The notes beneath the pieces were generated by a model that was not told the origin of the DNA, did no database searches, and saw only the letters and a program-made list of their open reading frames with translations. From Clostridiales bacterium (GTDB lineage Bacteria > Bacillota > Clostridia > TANB77 > CAG-508), in NCBI GenBank assembly GCA_003525075.1, contig DQFO01000021.1, positions 48,255 to 112,254 on the forward strand: 64,000 nucleotides of DNA, written 5' to 3'. A program made the translations under genes and the position numbers. Below, one piece after another: positions 9,660-17,903 of this stretch. Position 1 is the stretch's first letter. Every line of letters begins with the position of its first letter.

Positions 9660-10583
9660 TTAAAAGTCTTTCTTTTCTTCCTCTATTATTTTTTTCCAAT
9701 TATCTTTATCAATATTATTTCTTAACGCTTTTGGAACTTGTGTATTTTCTTGTCTTGTATTTTGTGAATTTCTATTGTTTGTTTCACTATGATTTCCATT
9801 TCTTTTTGAATTTTGTGATAAAGCATTTTGCGTTCTTTGTTGCAATTTTCTTCTTTCTGCTTCATAATCTGGTTGATTATTTTTTTGAACTGTTACATTT
9901 GAAGAATAATAATATGTTTGATTATATTTTTTACTGCTTACTGGAATTTTATTATAAACAACTCCTGCAACATTTCCACCAACATTTCTTACGTCTTTTA
10001 TTACTCTTTCTAAATCATCTTTTCTAGTTTGATTATGTGCTGATACTATTAGTGTAGAATCAACTATTCTTGATAATATAACAGAATCTGTTACAAGTTT
10101 TGATGGTGTTCCATCAATTATAACTAAATCAACTTGATTTTTTAATTGTTCTAATAAATTTCTCATTTGACGTCTTACAAGTAATTCTGATGGGTTTGGT
10201 GGAATATTTCCAGCTGGAATTATATATAAATTATTTACATCTGTTTGTTTCAAATATTTATCTATATTTACAGATTCTTGATTTTCATAATATCCTGACA
10301 AATAATTTGATAATCCCGGTCTTGGTTCAACTCCAAATATAGAATACAATCTTCCTTTTCTCATATCTGCATCTATTAATGCTACTCTTTTCCCTGCTTG
10401 TGCAAATGTTACTGCTAAATTTGAAGCAACCCAACTTTTGCCTTCTCCTGGCATTGTAGATGTAACTAACAAGCTTCTTAATCTTCTATTAGAATTCATA
10501 AATTGTATATTTGTTCTTAATGTTCTAAATGTTTCAGAAACAGGTGATTTTGGATCTAGATGTGTAACTAATTCTTTTCTCAT
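9660..10583 (-). CDS. CpsD/YwqD-type BY tyrosine kinase (cytoplasmic ATPase module), long low-complexity C-terminal tail
   Basis: Walker A' and A region SLLVTSTMPGEGKSWVASNLAVTFAQAGKRVALIDADMRKG. Walker B VIIDGTP. Y-rich tail YNQTYYYSS. Confidence 0.85.
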   Translation of the reverse strand: MRKELVTHLDPKSPVSETFRTLRTNIQFMNSNRRLRSLLVTSTMPGEGKSWVASNLAVTFAQAGKRVALIDADMRKGRLYSIFGVEPRPGLSNYLSGYYENQESVNIDKYLKQTDVNNLYIIPAGNIPPNPSELLVRRQMRNLLEQLKNQVDLVIIDGTPSKLVTDSVILSRIVDSTLIVSAHNQTRKDDLERVIKDVRNVGGNVAGVVYNKIPVSSKKYNQTYYYSSNVTVQKNNQPDYEAERRKLQQRTQNALSQNSKRNGNHSETNNRNSQNTRQENTQVPKALRNNIDKDNWKKIIEEEKKDF

Positions 10584-11299
10584 TATCTTTTTCCTCCTCT
10601 TCTACCTTTTGACTTTGTTTCTGCTAAATCATATATTGGAATACTAGCTAATACTGTAACTCCTGATATTTTTTCAATGTCTTGTGCAGATTTTATTGTT
10701 GTATCTAACATATTTAGTATTAATACATATCCAAATGCAATTACTATACCAATTACAGCGAATATTAAAACATCTTTTTTATGATTAATATTATATGGTT
10801 CATTTTCAACTTCTGCTTCATCATAAATATATAAGTTTTCTATTTTATAATATTGTTTTACATTTTCTATAAATACTTTTGCTGTTTCATTAGCAATTTT
10901 TTGAGCTACTACAGGATCATCATTTTTTACTATTATATCTATCATGTCTGCATTATCTCTTGCTTTTACACTAATACTTTTTTTAACATCATCTTCTTGA
11001 AGATTCATTCCTAAATTTTTTATTACTTCTCTGATTATTTTATTTCCACTAACCATATCACTATATGTAGAAACAAGTTTTGAGTTTAATGTAAGGTCAT
11101 TTGTAGTTATTCCATTTGCATTAGATTGGCTTGATGAATTTGTTGCTAATAAAAGACTTGTTTTTGATTGATATTTTGGTTTTACAAATCCAACAGTATA
11201 AATTATTCCTAAAACTATAAAAATTGCTGTTATTAATAAAATTTGTATTCTTTTTTCCCAAAATATTTGAATTAGCTCTTTTAAATCTAGTTCTTCCAT
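10583..11299 (-). CDS. Wzz/CpsC/YwqC-type polysaccharide chain-length determinant (kinase modulator)
   Basis: Two TM helices flank a periplasmic domain. A C-terminal basic tail follows the second TM. Its stop overlaps the kinase start. Confidence 0.8.
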   Translation of the reverse strand: MEELDLKELIQIFWEKRIQILLITAIFIVLGIIYTVGFVKPKYQSKTSLLLATNSSSQSNANGITTNDLTLNSKLVSTYSDMVSGNKIIREVIKNLGMNLQEDDVKKSISVKARDNADMIDIIVKNDDPVVAQKIANETAKVFIENVKQYYKIENLYIYDEAEVENEPYNINHKKDVLIFAVIGIVIAFGYVLILNMLDTTIKSAQDIEKISGVTVLASIPIYDLAETKSKGRRGGKR

Positions 11300-11334
11300 T
11301 TTTTTGTTTTAATCCCTTCTTTTTATGTTTCAAA

Positions 11335-12174
11335 TTAATTATTTTGATTTTCTTCTTTTTTCTGTGAAAGTATAATAATTGCATAAATTACTACTAATAT
11401 AAAGTAAACTATAATAAATTTTCCTGCAATTATATTTATTTTACTTAATATGTCTTTGATTATTGTTACTACAATATTTGAAAATGCGTCATTAAAAATT
11501 TTTATTCCATCTATATTTACTTTTGATTTTATTACAGTTGTTATTGCTAATTGCATAACTGCTGAAGATAAAACAGCTGATTCTGTCCAAAATAATAGTT
11601 TTAAAATATCTTTAACATTTAATGCAATTACTCCAATAATACTTATTATTATTGCAATTATCAATATGTTTTGAACTTTTGTTATTTTTTGTGTTATTTT
11701 ACTATATTTTTCATTTATTGTGTTTTCATAGCTTGTACTTATTATTGTGTCTTTATATGATTGACAGATATGTTCTACAAATTCATCAATAGCTTTACTA
11801 TTACTTGATGTTCTAACGTTTTCTTTATCAATATTAGAATTTAAGTTATTTGATATTTCTGATGTATCAATCTTTTCATTTGTTCCTTCGTAAATATTTG
11901 ATAATATTATATTAATATCATTTTTTATTTTATCTTCTGTACATATATTTTTTATTACTTCTTCGTCAAGTCCTGATTGTCCTATGTAATTTTCAAAACC
12001 TGATTCTACAAGTTTATATGTTTCAGAATAAAAATTATTGTTTTCCATTTGTTCTAATACATATTCTTTGTTAAATATTGTTTTAAAAACAACACTTTTA
12101 ACTCCTATAAATGTGAAACTTAATGCAATAACTAGAACAAATATAAAATTTAAAATTTTCTTTCCTACTTTCAT
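11335..12174 (-). CDS. membrane protein of unknown function (N-terminal TM, extracellular domain, about 3 C-terminal TM helices)
   Basis: Hydropathy only. No recognisable family. Confidence 0.35.
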   Translation of the reverse strand: MKVGKKILNFIFVLVIALSFTFIGVKSVVFKTIFNKEYVLEQMENNNFYSETYKLVESGFENYIGQSGLDEEVIKNICTEDKIKNDINIILSNIYEGTNEKIDTSEISNNLNSNIDKENVRTSSNSKAIDEFVEHICQSYKDTIISTSYENTINEKYSKITQKITKVQNILIIAIIISIIGVIALNVKDILKLLFWTESAVLSSAVMQLAITTVIKSKVNIDGIKIFNDAFSNIVVTIIKDILSKINIIAGKFIIVYFILVVIYAIIILSQKKEENQNN

Positions 12175-12188
12175 CTTTTTATTCCTTT

Positions 12189-12815
12189 CTATTTTTCTAA
12201 TTTGGCATATACTACATATCTTTGTGTTGCATATCCAACATTGTTAAATGGATAACAAGTATACACCATTAGTATTTCTTCATCTCTTTGTATTGGAACT
12301 TTGTCCAAATCTGTTTCTTTTATTAATTGCATATCATAAATTTTGTAGTTATATTCTCCATATGTTGTTGTTACCTTTATTTCATCTCCAATTTGCAATT
12401 CAGAGAATCTTCTAAATACTTTTTTGGAATTGTGTCCCATGTATAATATAGAACCACCTTCACCTGGAAAATAACTTCCGCTTGAGTGTCCTACACCTTT
12501 CTTTAGTATTTCTAGTGTATCTCCAAAGTACACTGGTAAATTTGCTCCTATTCTCGGAATTTCAATTGTTGCATATTGGGTTCCATATTCTGGATAACTA
12601 TCAAGTGATTTTTTTTCTTCATCTATTGTTATTGGTTGTTGTTCTTTGTCTTTATTTATATTTATTGAGACTTTATTTGCTAACATAAATATATTTTCTA
12701 TTTCTGTCCCCCAACATATTTTTATAGCAAGAAATACTCCTATCACTATAAATATTGCAATTAAAATTGTTCCTATAGTTGATTTACATGCTTTTACCAC
12801 TTTTTCTTTTTGCAT
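12189..12815 (-). CDS. sortase (class A/D-like transpeptidase)
   Basis: N-terminal TM anchor. Catalytic His (LYMGHN), TLxTC-type Cys (LMVYTCYPF), and Arg 13 residues downstream (TQRYVV). Confidence 0.75.
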   Translation of the reverse strand: MQKEKVVKACKSTIGTILIAIFIVIGVFLAIKICWGTEIENIFMLANKVSININKDKEQQPITIDEEKKSLDSYPEYGTQYATIEIPRIGANLPVYFGDTLEILKKGVGHSSGSYFPGEGGSILYMGHNSKKVFRRFSELQIGDEIKVTTTYGEYNYKIYDMQLIKETDLDKVPIQRDEEILMVYTCYPFNNVGYATQRYVVYAKLEK

Positions 12816-12896
12816 ATGTAATACTCCTTTTTAATTCATAAAAAAATTATAACATTTTAGAACGTTTTATGCAAGAGTTTTTGCGTTCAAAATAAA

Positions 12897-12935
12897 AAAA
12901 TCTCCTGATTATTCAGAAGATTTTTATTTTACTAA
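12897..12935. terminator. bidirectional hairpin terminator downstream of the LAYTG-protein gene
   Basis: 9-bp stem with one mismatch (atctcctga/tcagaagat), flanked by A and T runs. Confidence 0.5.
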
Positions 12936-13462
12936 GCATTTACAATTCTTTTTCTTGCAACTACTGCTGATACAGCAACTAATGCTACTACTGTTGTAGC
13001 TAAAACTACTACGTTTACAACATTTCCTGTATAAGCTAATTTTCCATTAGTATTTGAAACTGTTTCTACTAATTTTCCATCATTGTTGTAAATAGCAACT
13101 GATTTTTTGTTGAAAACTAATTTTAAGTCAACAATTTTTGCTGCTTCTGTTGCAATTGATTTTACTTCATTTTTTTGAGCCTTTGTTAATTTGTCATAAT
13201 TTGTTACTCCAGCTTTTTCCATTACAGCTATTGCTTCATCAGCTTTTGTTAATATTTCATTTGCTTGAGCATCTGTTACTGGATTTTCTTTTAAATATCT
13301 TTCGATTTTTACTTTATCTGCTGAAGTCATTCCATATTTTGATCCTTTTGCATATAATTCATCAGCTAATGTTGATGATGTAGCAGCATTTACGCCTGTT
13401 GCTAAAGCCATTATTGTTATTATAGCTAATAAAGCTATTGTTAATGTCTTTTTCATTTTCAT
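12932..13462 (-). CDS. secreted, sortase-anchored protein with a C-terminal LAYTG sorting signal. Mostly helical, function unknown.
   Basis: Signal peptide. The C-terminus carries LAYTG, a hydrophobic stretch and a basic tail (ARKR). Confidence 0.6.
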   Translation of the reverse strand: MKMKKTLTIALLAIITIMALATGVNAATSSTLADELYAKGSKYGMTSADKVKIERYLKENPVTDAQANEILTKADEAIAVMEKAGVTNYDKLTKAQKNEVKSIATEAAKIVDLKLVFNKKSVAIYNNDGKLVETVSNTNGKLAYTGNVVNVVVLATTVVALVAVSAVVARKRIVNA

Positions 13463-13540
13463 TCTCCCTTTCTTCTTTTAAAATTTTCTTCTTCATTATA
13501 GCATTATATGTTTTTTTATGCAATACTTTTTTTGATTTTT

Positions 13541-14371
13541 TTATTTAATTTCGATATTTTTATATCTTATTAAACTTATTGTTCCAATAGCAACTGCTAC
13601 TAATACAATTAATGCTACTGTTGTTGCACCTGTTTTTGGTAATTCTTTTTCTTGTGATACTGTTGTGTCTTGTGTTGTTTTTTCTGTTGTATTATCTGTT
13701 TTTGCTGTATTTGTTATTATTTCTAATTCATCTTTTTTGTTATCATCTTTCGTTGTTTCTGTATTTTTTTGATCATCTTTCGTTGTTTCTGTATTTTTTT
13801 GTTCATCTTTTGTTTCTTCTGTTTTGTCTGCCTTTGGAACAACAGCTACTTGTGTTACTAATTTAGGTGTGTCATATTCATTTTTTCCATCTGTAAGTTC
13901 TTCAACTTTTAAAACAACTCCTGTTGTTGTTACATTTTCCAATCCTTCTTTGAATGTAAGTGTTATTTCTGCAACATCTTCACCATCTTTTGGTGTTCTA
14001 TTTGCTTCTACAAGAAGTCTACCAGATTCTTCACTAAATTGTACTGTATAACCGTTTAAAGCTTTTATATCATTTTGTGTTAATTGATTAAAATATACAT
14101 CACTATATTCAAAAATTCCCTTAAACATACATATTCCACTTGTATCTATTGACTCTAATTTATCATATCCTATTACTACTTTTACCTCTTTTGTTACATC
14201 TTCTACTTCAACTTTTTCTGTTGTCTTTAGTGTTATACTTGAGTCTTTTGAAGTTGATTCACTTGTTGTTTGTGTTGTTTGTTCTGTACTTTTTGTTTCG
14301 TCTGCAAATACATTAACTCCTACACTTATTAGCATCATTGCTATAATTATACTTGCTAATATTTTTTTCAT
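13541..14371 (-). CDS. LPKTG cell-wall-anchored protein carrying a cohesin-like domain and a Thr/Lys/Asp-rich repeat linker
   Basis: Signal peptide. GICMFKGIFEYSDVYFN and VQFSEESGRLL...TPKDGEDVAEITLTFK resemble the cohesin motifs GIANCDFVYSYDPNVLE and FLFAEDSG...ITKDGVFATIVAKVK. The C-terminus carries LPKTG, a TM segment and RYK. Confidence 0.6.
   Translation of the reverse strand: MKKILASIIIAMMLISVGVNVFADETKSTEQTTQTTSESTSKDSSITLKTTEKVEVEDVTKEVKVVIGYDKLESIDTSGICMFKGIFEYSDVYFNQLTQNDIKALNGYTVQFSEESGRLLVEANRTPKDGEDVAEITLTFKEGLENVTTTGVVLKVEELTDGKNEYDTPKLVTQVAVVPKADKTEETKDEQKNTETTKDDQKNTETTKDDNKKDELEIITNTAKTDNTTEKTTQDTTVSQEKELPKTGATTVALIVLVAVAIGTISLIRYKNIEIK
13741..13830. repeat. tandem ~30-bp direct repeats (about 3 copies, the third degenerate) inside the cohesin-protein gene. 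They encode TKD(E/D)QKNTET repeats.
   Basis: gatcatctttcgttgtttctgtattttttt occurs twice in tandem, followed by a diverged third copy. Confidence 0.8.
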
Positions 14372-14489
14372 TTTTCTTTTGCCTCCTTCTTTTTATTTAT
14401 CCATTAAATTGTAACATTTTTTGCCGTATTCGACAATATTTTTTTGTTTAAGTTTTTGTTACATTTGTGTTACAAAATTATTACAAAAA

Positions 14490-14535
14490 ATAAAACTTAG
14501 AATTGTCATTTTAAAACAATCAATTCTAAGTTTTT
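14490..14535 (-). terminator. Rho-independent terminator after the RloB-like gene
   Basis: Perfect 10-bp inverted repeat cttagaattg/caattctaag, followed on the minus strand by a U-run. Confidence 0.65.
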
Positions 14536-14537
14536 TC

Positions 14538-15197
14538 TTATAATATCTCACAATCATTTAGTATTTTTTCAATACTTTCATTTATTTCTAAATCTGGATT
14601 TTCTTTATAATAAATATATTTTCCATATTTTATTTGTTTGTTATATTCTTTGTTATGATCTCTTATTTTTTCAGCTCTTTTTATTGCATTTATAATATCT
14701 TCCAATGTAATTTGTTCAACTACTCTCTTAAAGTTTTTTTCTTCTTTATATTCATCAAGACTTTTAAAATCTTCATCAAATATTTCATTTATATATTTTA
14801 AATATTGTTTTTTATCTGTTAATGGTCCTTTTAAATCTTTTTTGTGCAAAATTATCCAAAGTTCAAATGTAAAATTACTATATCCTAATTTATATTTTAA
14901 ACTATTATTAATTTTCGAAACTTCTTTCATATCATCTAAAATCTTATGAAATTTTTTTACATCATCTTCTGAATCACTTTCATAATCACATAAATGATAT
15001 ACCTCTTCTTCAGTTATATTTGCTAATGTTTTGGCATATCTTGTTGGCATTAATTTTTTATGTTTTAATTTTACTGTACAAGTTGCTTTAGAACAGTTAT
15101 TAATTAATTTTTGTAAATAGTCTAAATACCAGCCTTCTGTATCTCCTTCAACAGAAAAATAATAATTTTTATTTGTTTTTAATTTTTTTGCACACAT
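14538..15197 (-). CDS. RloB-family protein (AbiLii-like, OLD/Toprim-related putative nuclease)
   Basis: The N-terminus YYFSVEGDTEGWYL matches the RloB motif hhhVCEGxxTExxYh. Immediately downstream of the AAA_21 ATPase gene with a 9-bp gap. Confidence 0.6.
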   Translation of the reverse strand: MCAKKLKTNKNYYFSVEGDTEGWYLDYLQKLINNCSKATCTVKLKHKKLMPTRYAKTLANITEEEVYHLCDYESDSEDDVKKFHKILDDMKEVSKINNSLKYKLGYSNFTFELWIILHKKDLKGPLTDKKQYLKYINEIFDEDFKSLDEYKEEKNFKRVVEQITLEDIINAIKRAEKIRDHNKEYNKQIKYGKYIYYKENPDLEINESIEKILNDCEIL

Positions 15198-15206
15198 TTA
15201 TATTTA

Positions 15207-16541
15207 TTACTTCCTTTCTTGATTCATATATTCTTCAAATATATCTGAAAAGTCAACATCAGTGATTGCACCATATTTGTTTATAAAATAATTTTTTAAA
15301 TAATTTTCTCCATTTCTTACTCCATTTTTTCCACTTGTTCCAAAATCTGATAATGAATATAATATACTTTCTTTTTCTTCTTTTTCTACAAATTTTATTT
15401 CATCTCTTCTAAAAAGATTTTTATTTAAGAAAATTGGATTATGTGTATTAAATATTAATTGAGCTCCATTTTTGTTTATTTCATCATTATGGAAAATTTT
15501 TATAAAACTCATTATTATCATTGGATGCAAAGACGCATCTAACTCATCTACTAATAATGTTGCACCTCTTTTCATTGTTGCCATCATAAGTGGAAAAATA
15601 TCTAATAATCTAAGTGTTCCAAATGACTCAAAAAACTCTGCTGGAACAACTATACCTTTTTCATCTATAGTTTTTATTACAGATACTGGAAATATTAAGT
15701 CTTTTTTATCTGTTATTGGATATGCTATTTTTTCAGATGTTAATCCAATTTCTTTTACAGCTTCATTTATTTGTGGATTAGAGAATAATTTTTTATTTGA
15801 ATTTTTTATATCTATTCTTGATTCTAAGTTTGGTGCATAATGTATTTTATCTGCATGATATATAATTCTTAGTTTATCTTGAAACCAATTTGTTATAATT
15901 TCATAAATCTTTTTACTATATAATGTTTTAAACATTACATTTAATAGTAATTCTTGTGGCTCTATATTTGAATTTATAATATCTTTTGCCACTTCTTCAT
16001 GAAAGTTTTCTATTAATAATTCTTTTTCTTTTAAATATTCTAAATTTTCTATTTGAATTTTTTCATTTCTTATATAAATATTATTTCCATCGATTTTAAG
16101 TTTTTCTTCTAATATTTTTCTTTTATCCTTTTCTTTAGATAATAATTTTTCTGTTAAAAAAGTTATACTATATTCAATTATCATATTATTAGTTAAAAAT
16201 TTTATATAAAAATATGTTGGTTCATTTTCTTTGCTGTCTATATGTGGTATAAAATCTAATTTTTCTGTTGCTATATTAATACTTGTTAAATCATCTGCAT
16301 CTTTTATATTTCCTCTTAATACGATTGCTTTAAATACTTGTAATCCACCTATTAAGTTTGTTTTTCCTGATGAGTTTGGTCCATATATAACAGATGATGA
16401 TAATGCTTTCTCTTCTTTGTTATTTGCTTTTTCTTTTAACAAACTATATTCTAAGTCTTTTATTTTTTGAGCTGGCGTCATTTTAAATTCAACTAAATTT
16501 CTAAATGATTTGAAATTTTTCATTTTAAATTCTAATAACAT
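15207..16541 (-). CDS. AAA_21/ABC-like ATPase (AbiLi/RloA-like)
   Basis: N-terminus MKNFKSFRNL. Walker A GPNSSGKTNL. Walker B and D-loop LLVDELDASLHP. Confidence 0.65.
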   Translation of the reverse strand: MLLEFKMKNFKSFRNLVEFKMTPAQKIKDLEYSLLKEKANNKEEKALSSSVIYGPNSSGKTNLIGGLQVFKAIVLRGNIKDADDLTSINIATEKLDFIPHIDSKENEPTYFYIKFLTNNMIIEYSITFLTEKLLSKEKDKRKILEEKLKIDGNNIYIRNEKIQIENLEYLKEKELLIENFHEEVAKDIINSNIEPQELLLNVMFKTLYSKKIYEIITNWFQDKLRIIYHADKIHYAPNLESRIDIKNSNKKLFSNPQINEAVKEIGLTSEKIAYPITDKKDLIFPVSVIKTIDEKGIVVPAEFFESFGTLRLLDIFPLMMATMKRGATLLVDELDASLHPMIIMSFIKIFHNDEINKNGAQLIFNTHNPIFLNKNLFRRDEIKFVEKEEKESILYSLSDFGTSGKNGVRNGENYLKNYFINKYGAITDVDFSDIFEEYMNQERK

Positions 16542-16723
16542 ATTTTACCCTTCTTTCGATTTTGCGAGTTTTTTGCAAAATCTATTATCATTTTACTATT
16601 ATTTTATGACATTGTCAATAAATTATTGCACATTTTATGTAAATTATAATATTTATTGTTACTAATTTTGTAAAATTATGTCACATCAATACTAAGCATT
16701 AGCGTAAATAAATATTTTTTAAT

Positions 16724-17860
16724 TTATTCAAAAATATCCTCTGTTATTATATCCCATAATAATTGCATTAAAACAGCTGTATCTCCTAAACACAAATAAT
16801 CAGAACTTTCATTATTAATGTGTGCAATATTATTTCTCATATTTAATTCGTTTGGATCAAATATTAAATTAAACAACTTTGTATATTGTTTTTTTATTAA
16901 AGAATTCGCATATGGTGAAACTATAACACTTCCAAGTGTTAATTTATTTTTTATCTTTTTATTATCTTTTTTATTAATATATTCATGCAAAATCAATAGT
17001 TTTATATCTTCATCTTCTTCATTGATAATACGATATTTTATAAACATTTTATAGATATTTGCTCTAATAAATTTTTCACTTGCAAATATTGTTTTATCTC
17101 CTTTTTCAGTAATAATATTATAATATTGTTTTTCTTCATCAGTTAATTTTATATTTTCTTTTTCAATTTTATCTTTTAATTCTTTCATTAAGTTTTTTAG
17201 GATTTTTGAATCTAATTGAATTATAAGAAATCTTTCTATTAATGTTGGTAATATGAATGCTGTTCCATATGCATGTTCATCTCTTATACATTCAATTTTA
17301 TTATTTGTTAATGGCTCTGCCATTGGAAATACTACACCTCTATATTCAATCATTCTTATAATTTGTAAATTTTGTTGTTTTTTAGGTGGATTTTCAAATA
17401 TTCCTTTATATTCATTTCCTTTTAATGTTTCAAAATATTCGTTTAATGCTCTTATATATATTTCATTAAATTTTATTGTTGCTTCATTTGTAATTATTGG
17501 TACTCTTTCTCTATATTCTTTTGCTATTAATTTTTTATGATAATTTATACATATATTTCCTAAATAATAAACTAAATCATTTATTTTTATTTTCTTTTTT
17601 ATAAGTTCGTCTTTTTCTTCTTTTGTTTCAAAGTGTCCTAATGGTTCTGGACATATTGTGTTTTTTGCATCATATTTTAGTATTTTATAAAATTCATCTA
17701 ATATTTCTAATTTTATATTTATTTCTTCGTTCTTACTTTTGGCTTTTATTAGTTTTTCTACTTTTTCATCAATGTATTTTAACATGGGTTCTGGATTGCT
17801 TAAATGTAATTGCATATTATTTAACATTACATATTCTTTTTGATATAAATATTCTTCCAT
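16724..17860 (-). CDS. hypothetical protein with a C-terminal HEPN-like Rx4H motif (possible Abi-type RNase)
   Basis: The C-terminus NMRNNIAHINNES fits the R[NHQ]xxxH HEPN motif. No other family signature. Has its own AGGAGG RBS. Confidence 0.35.
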   Translation of the reverse strand: MEEYLYQKEYVMLNNMQLHLSNPEPMLKYIDEKVEKLIKAKSKNEEINIKLEILDEFYKILKYDAKNTICPEPLGHFETKEEKDELIKKKIKINDLVYYLGNICINYHKKLIAKEYRERVPIITNEATIKFNEIYIRALNEYFETLKGNEYKGIFENPPKKQQNLQIIRMIEYRGVVFPMAEPLTNNKIECIRDEHAYGTAFILPTLIERFLIIQLDSKILKNLMKELKDKIEKENIKLTDEEKQYYNIITEKGDKTIFASEKFIRANIYKMFIKYRIINEEDEDIKLLILHEYINKKDNKKIKNKLTLGSVIVSPYANSLIKKQYTKLFNLIFDPNELNMRNNIAHINNESSDYLCLGDTAVLMQLLWDIITEDIFE

Positions 17861-17875
17861 ATTTTTCCTCCTATT

Positions 17876-17903
17876 TTAAAAGATGCAACATTATTTTGTT
17901 GCA
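17876..17903 (-). terminator. hairpin (terminator/attenuator) between the GH39-like gene and the HEPN-like gene
   Basis: Perfect 10-bp stem aagatgcaac/gttgcatctt with an 8-nt loop. It overlaps the GH gene stop and sits directly upstream of the RBS of the next gene. Confidence 0.5.

Noticed and set aside
11121-11384. 87-aa minus-strand ORF spanning the junction of the Wzz-like gene and the upstream membrane-protein gene
   Set aside because: It overlaps two better-supported genes in another frame and is lysine-rich low complexity.
13541-14371. The idea that the sortase/LPXTG genes encode a sortase-assembled pilus
   Set aside because: The sortase is short, with an N-terminal TM only (class A/D-like, not class C). 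Neither substrate has a pilin motif (YPKN) or an E-box. The cohesin-like fold fits better.
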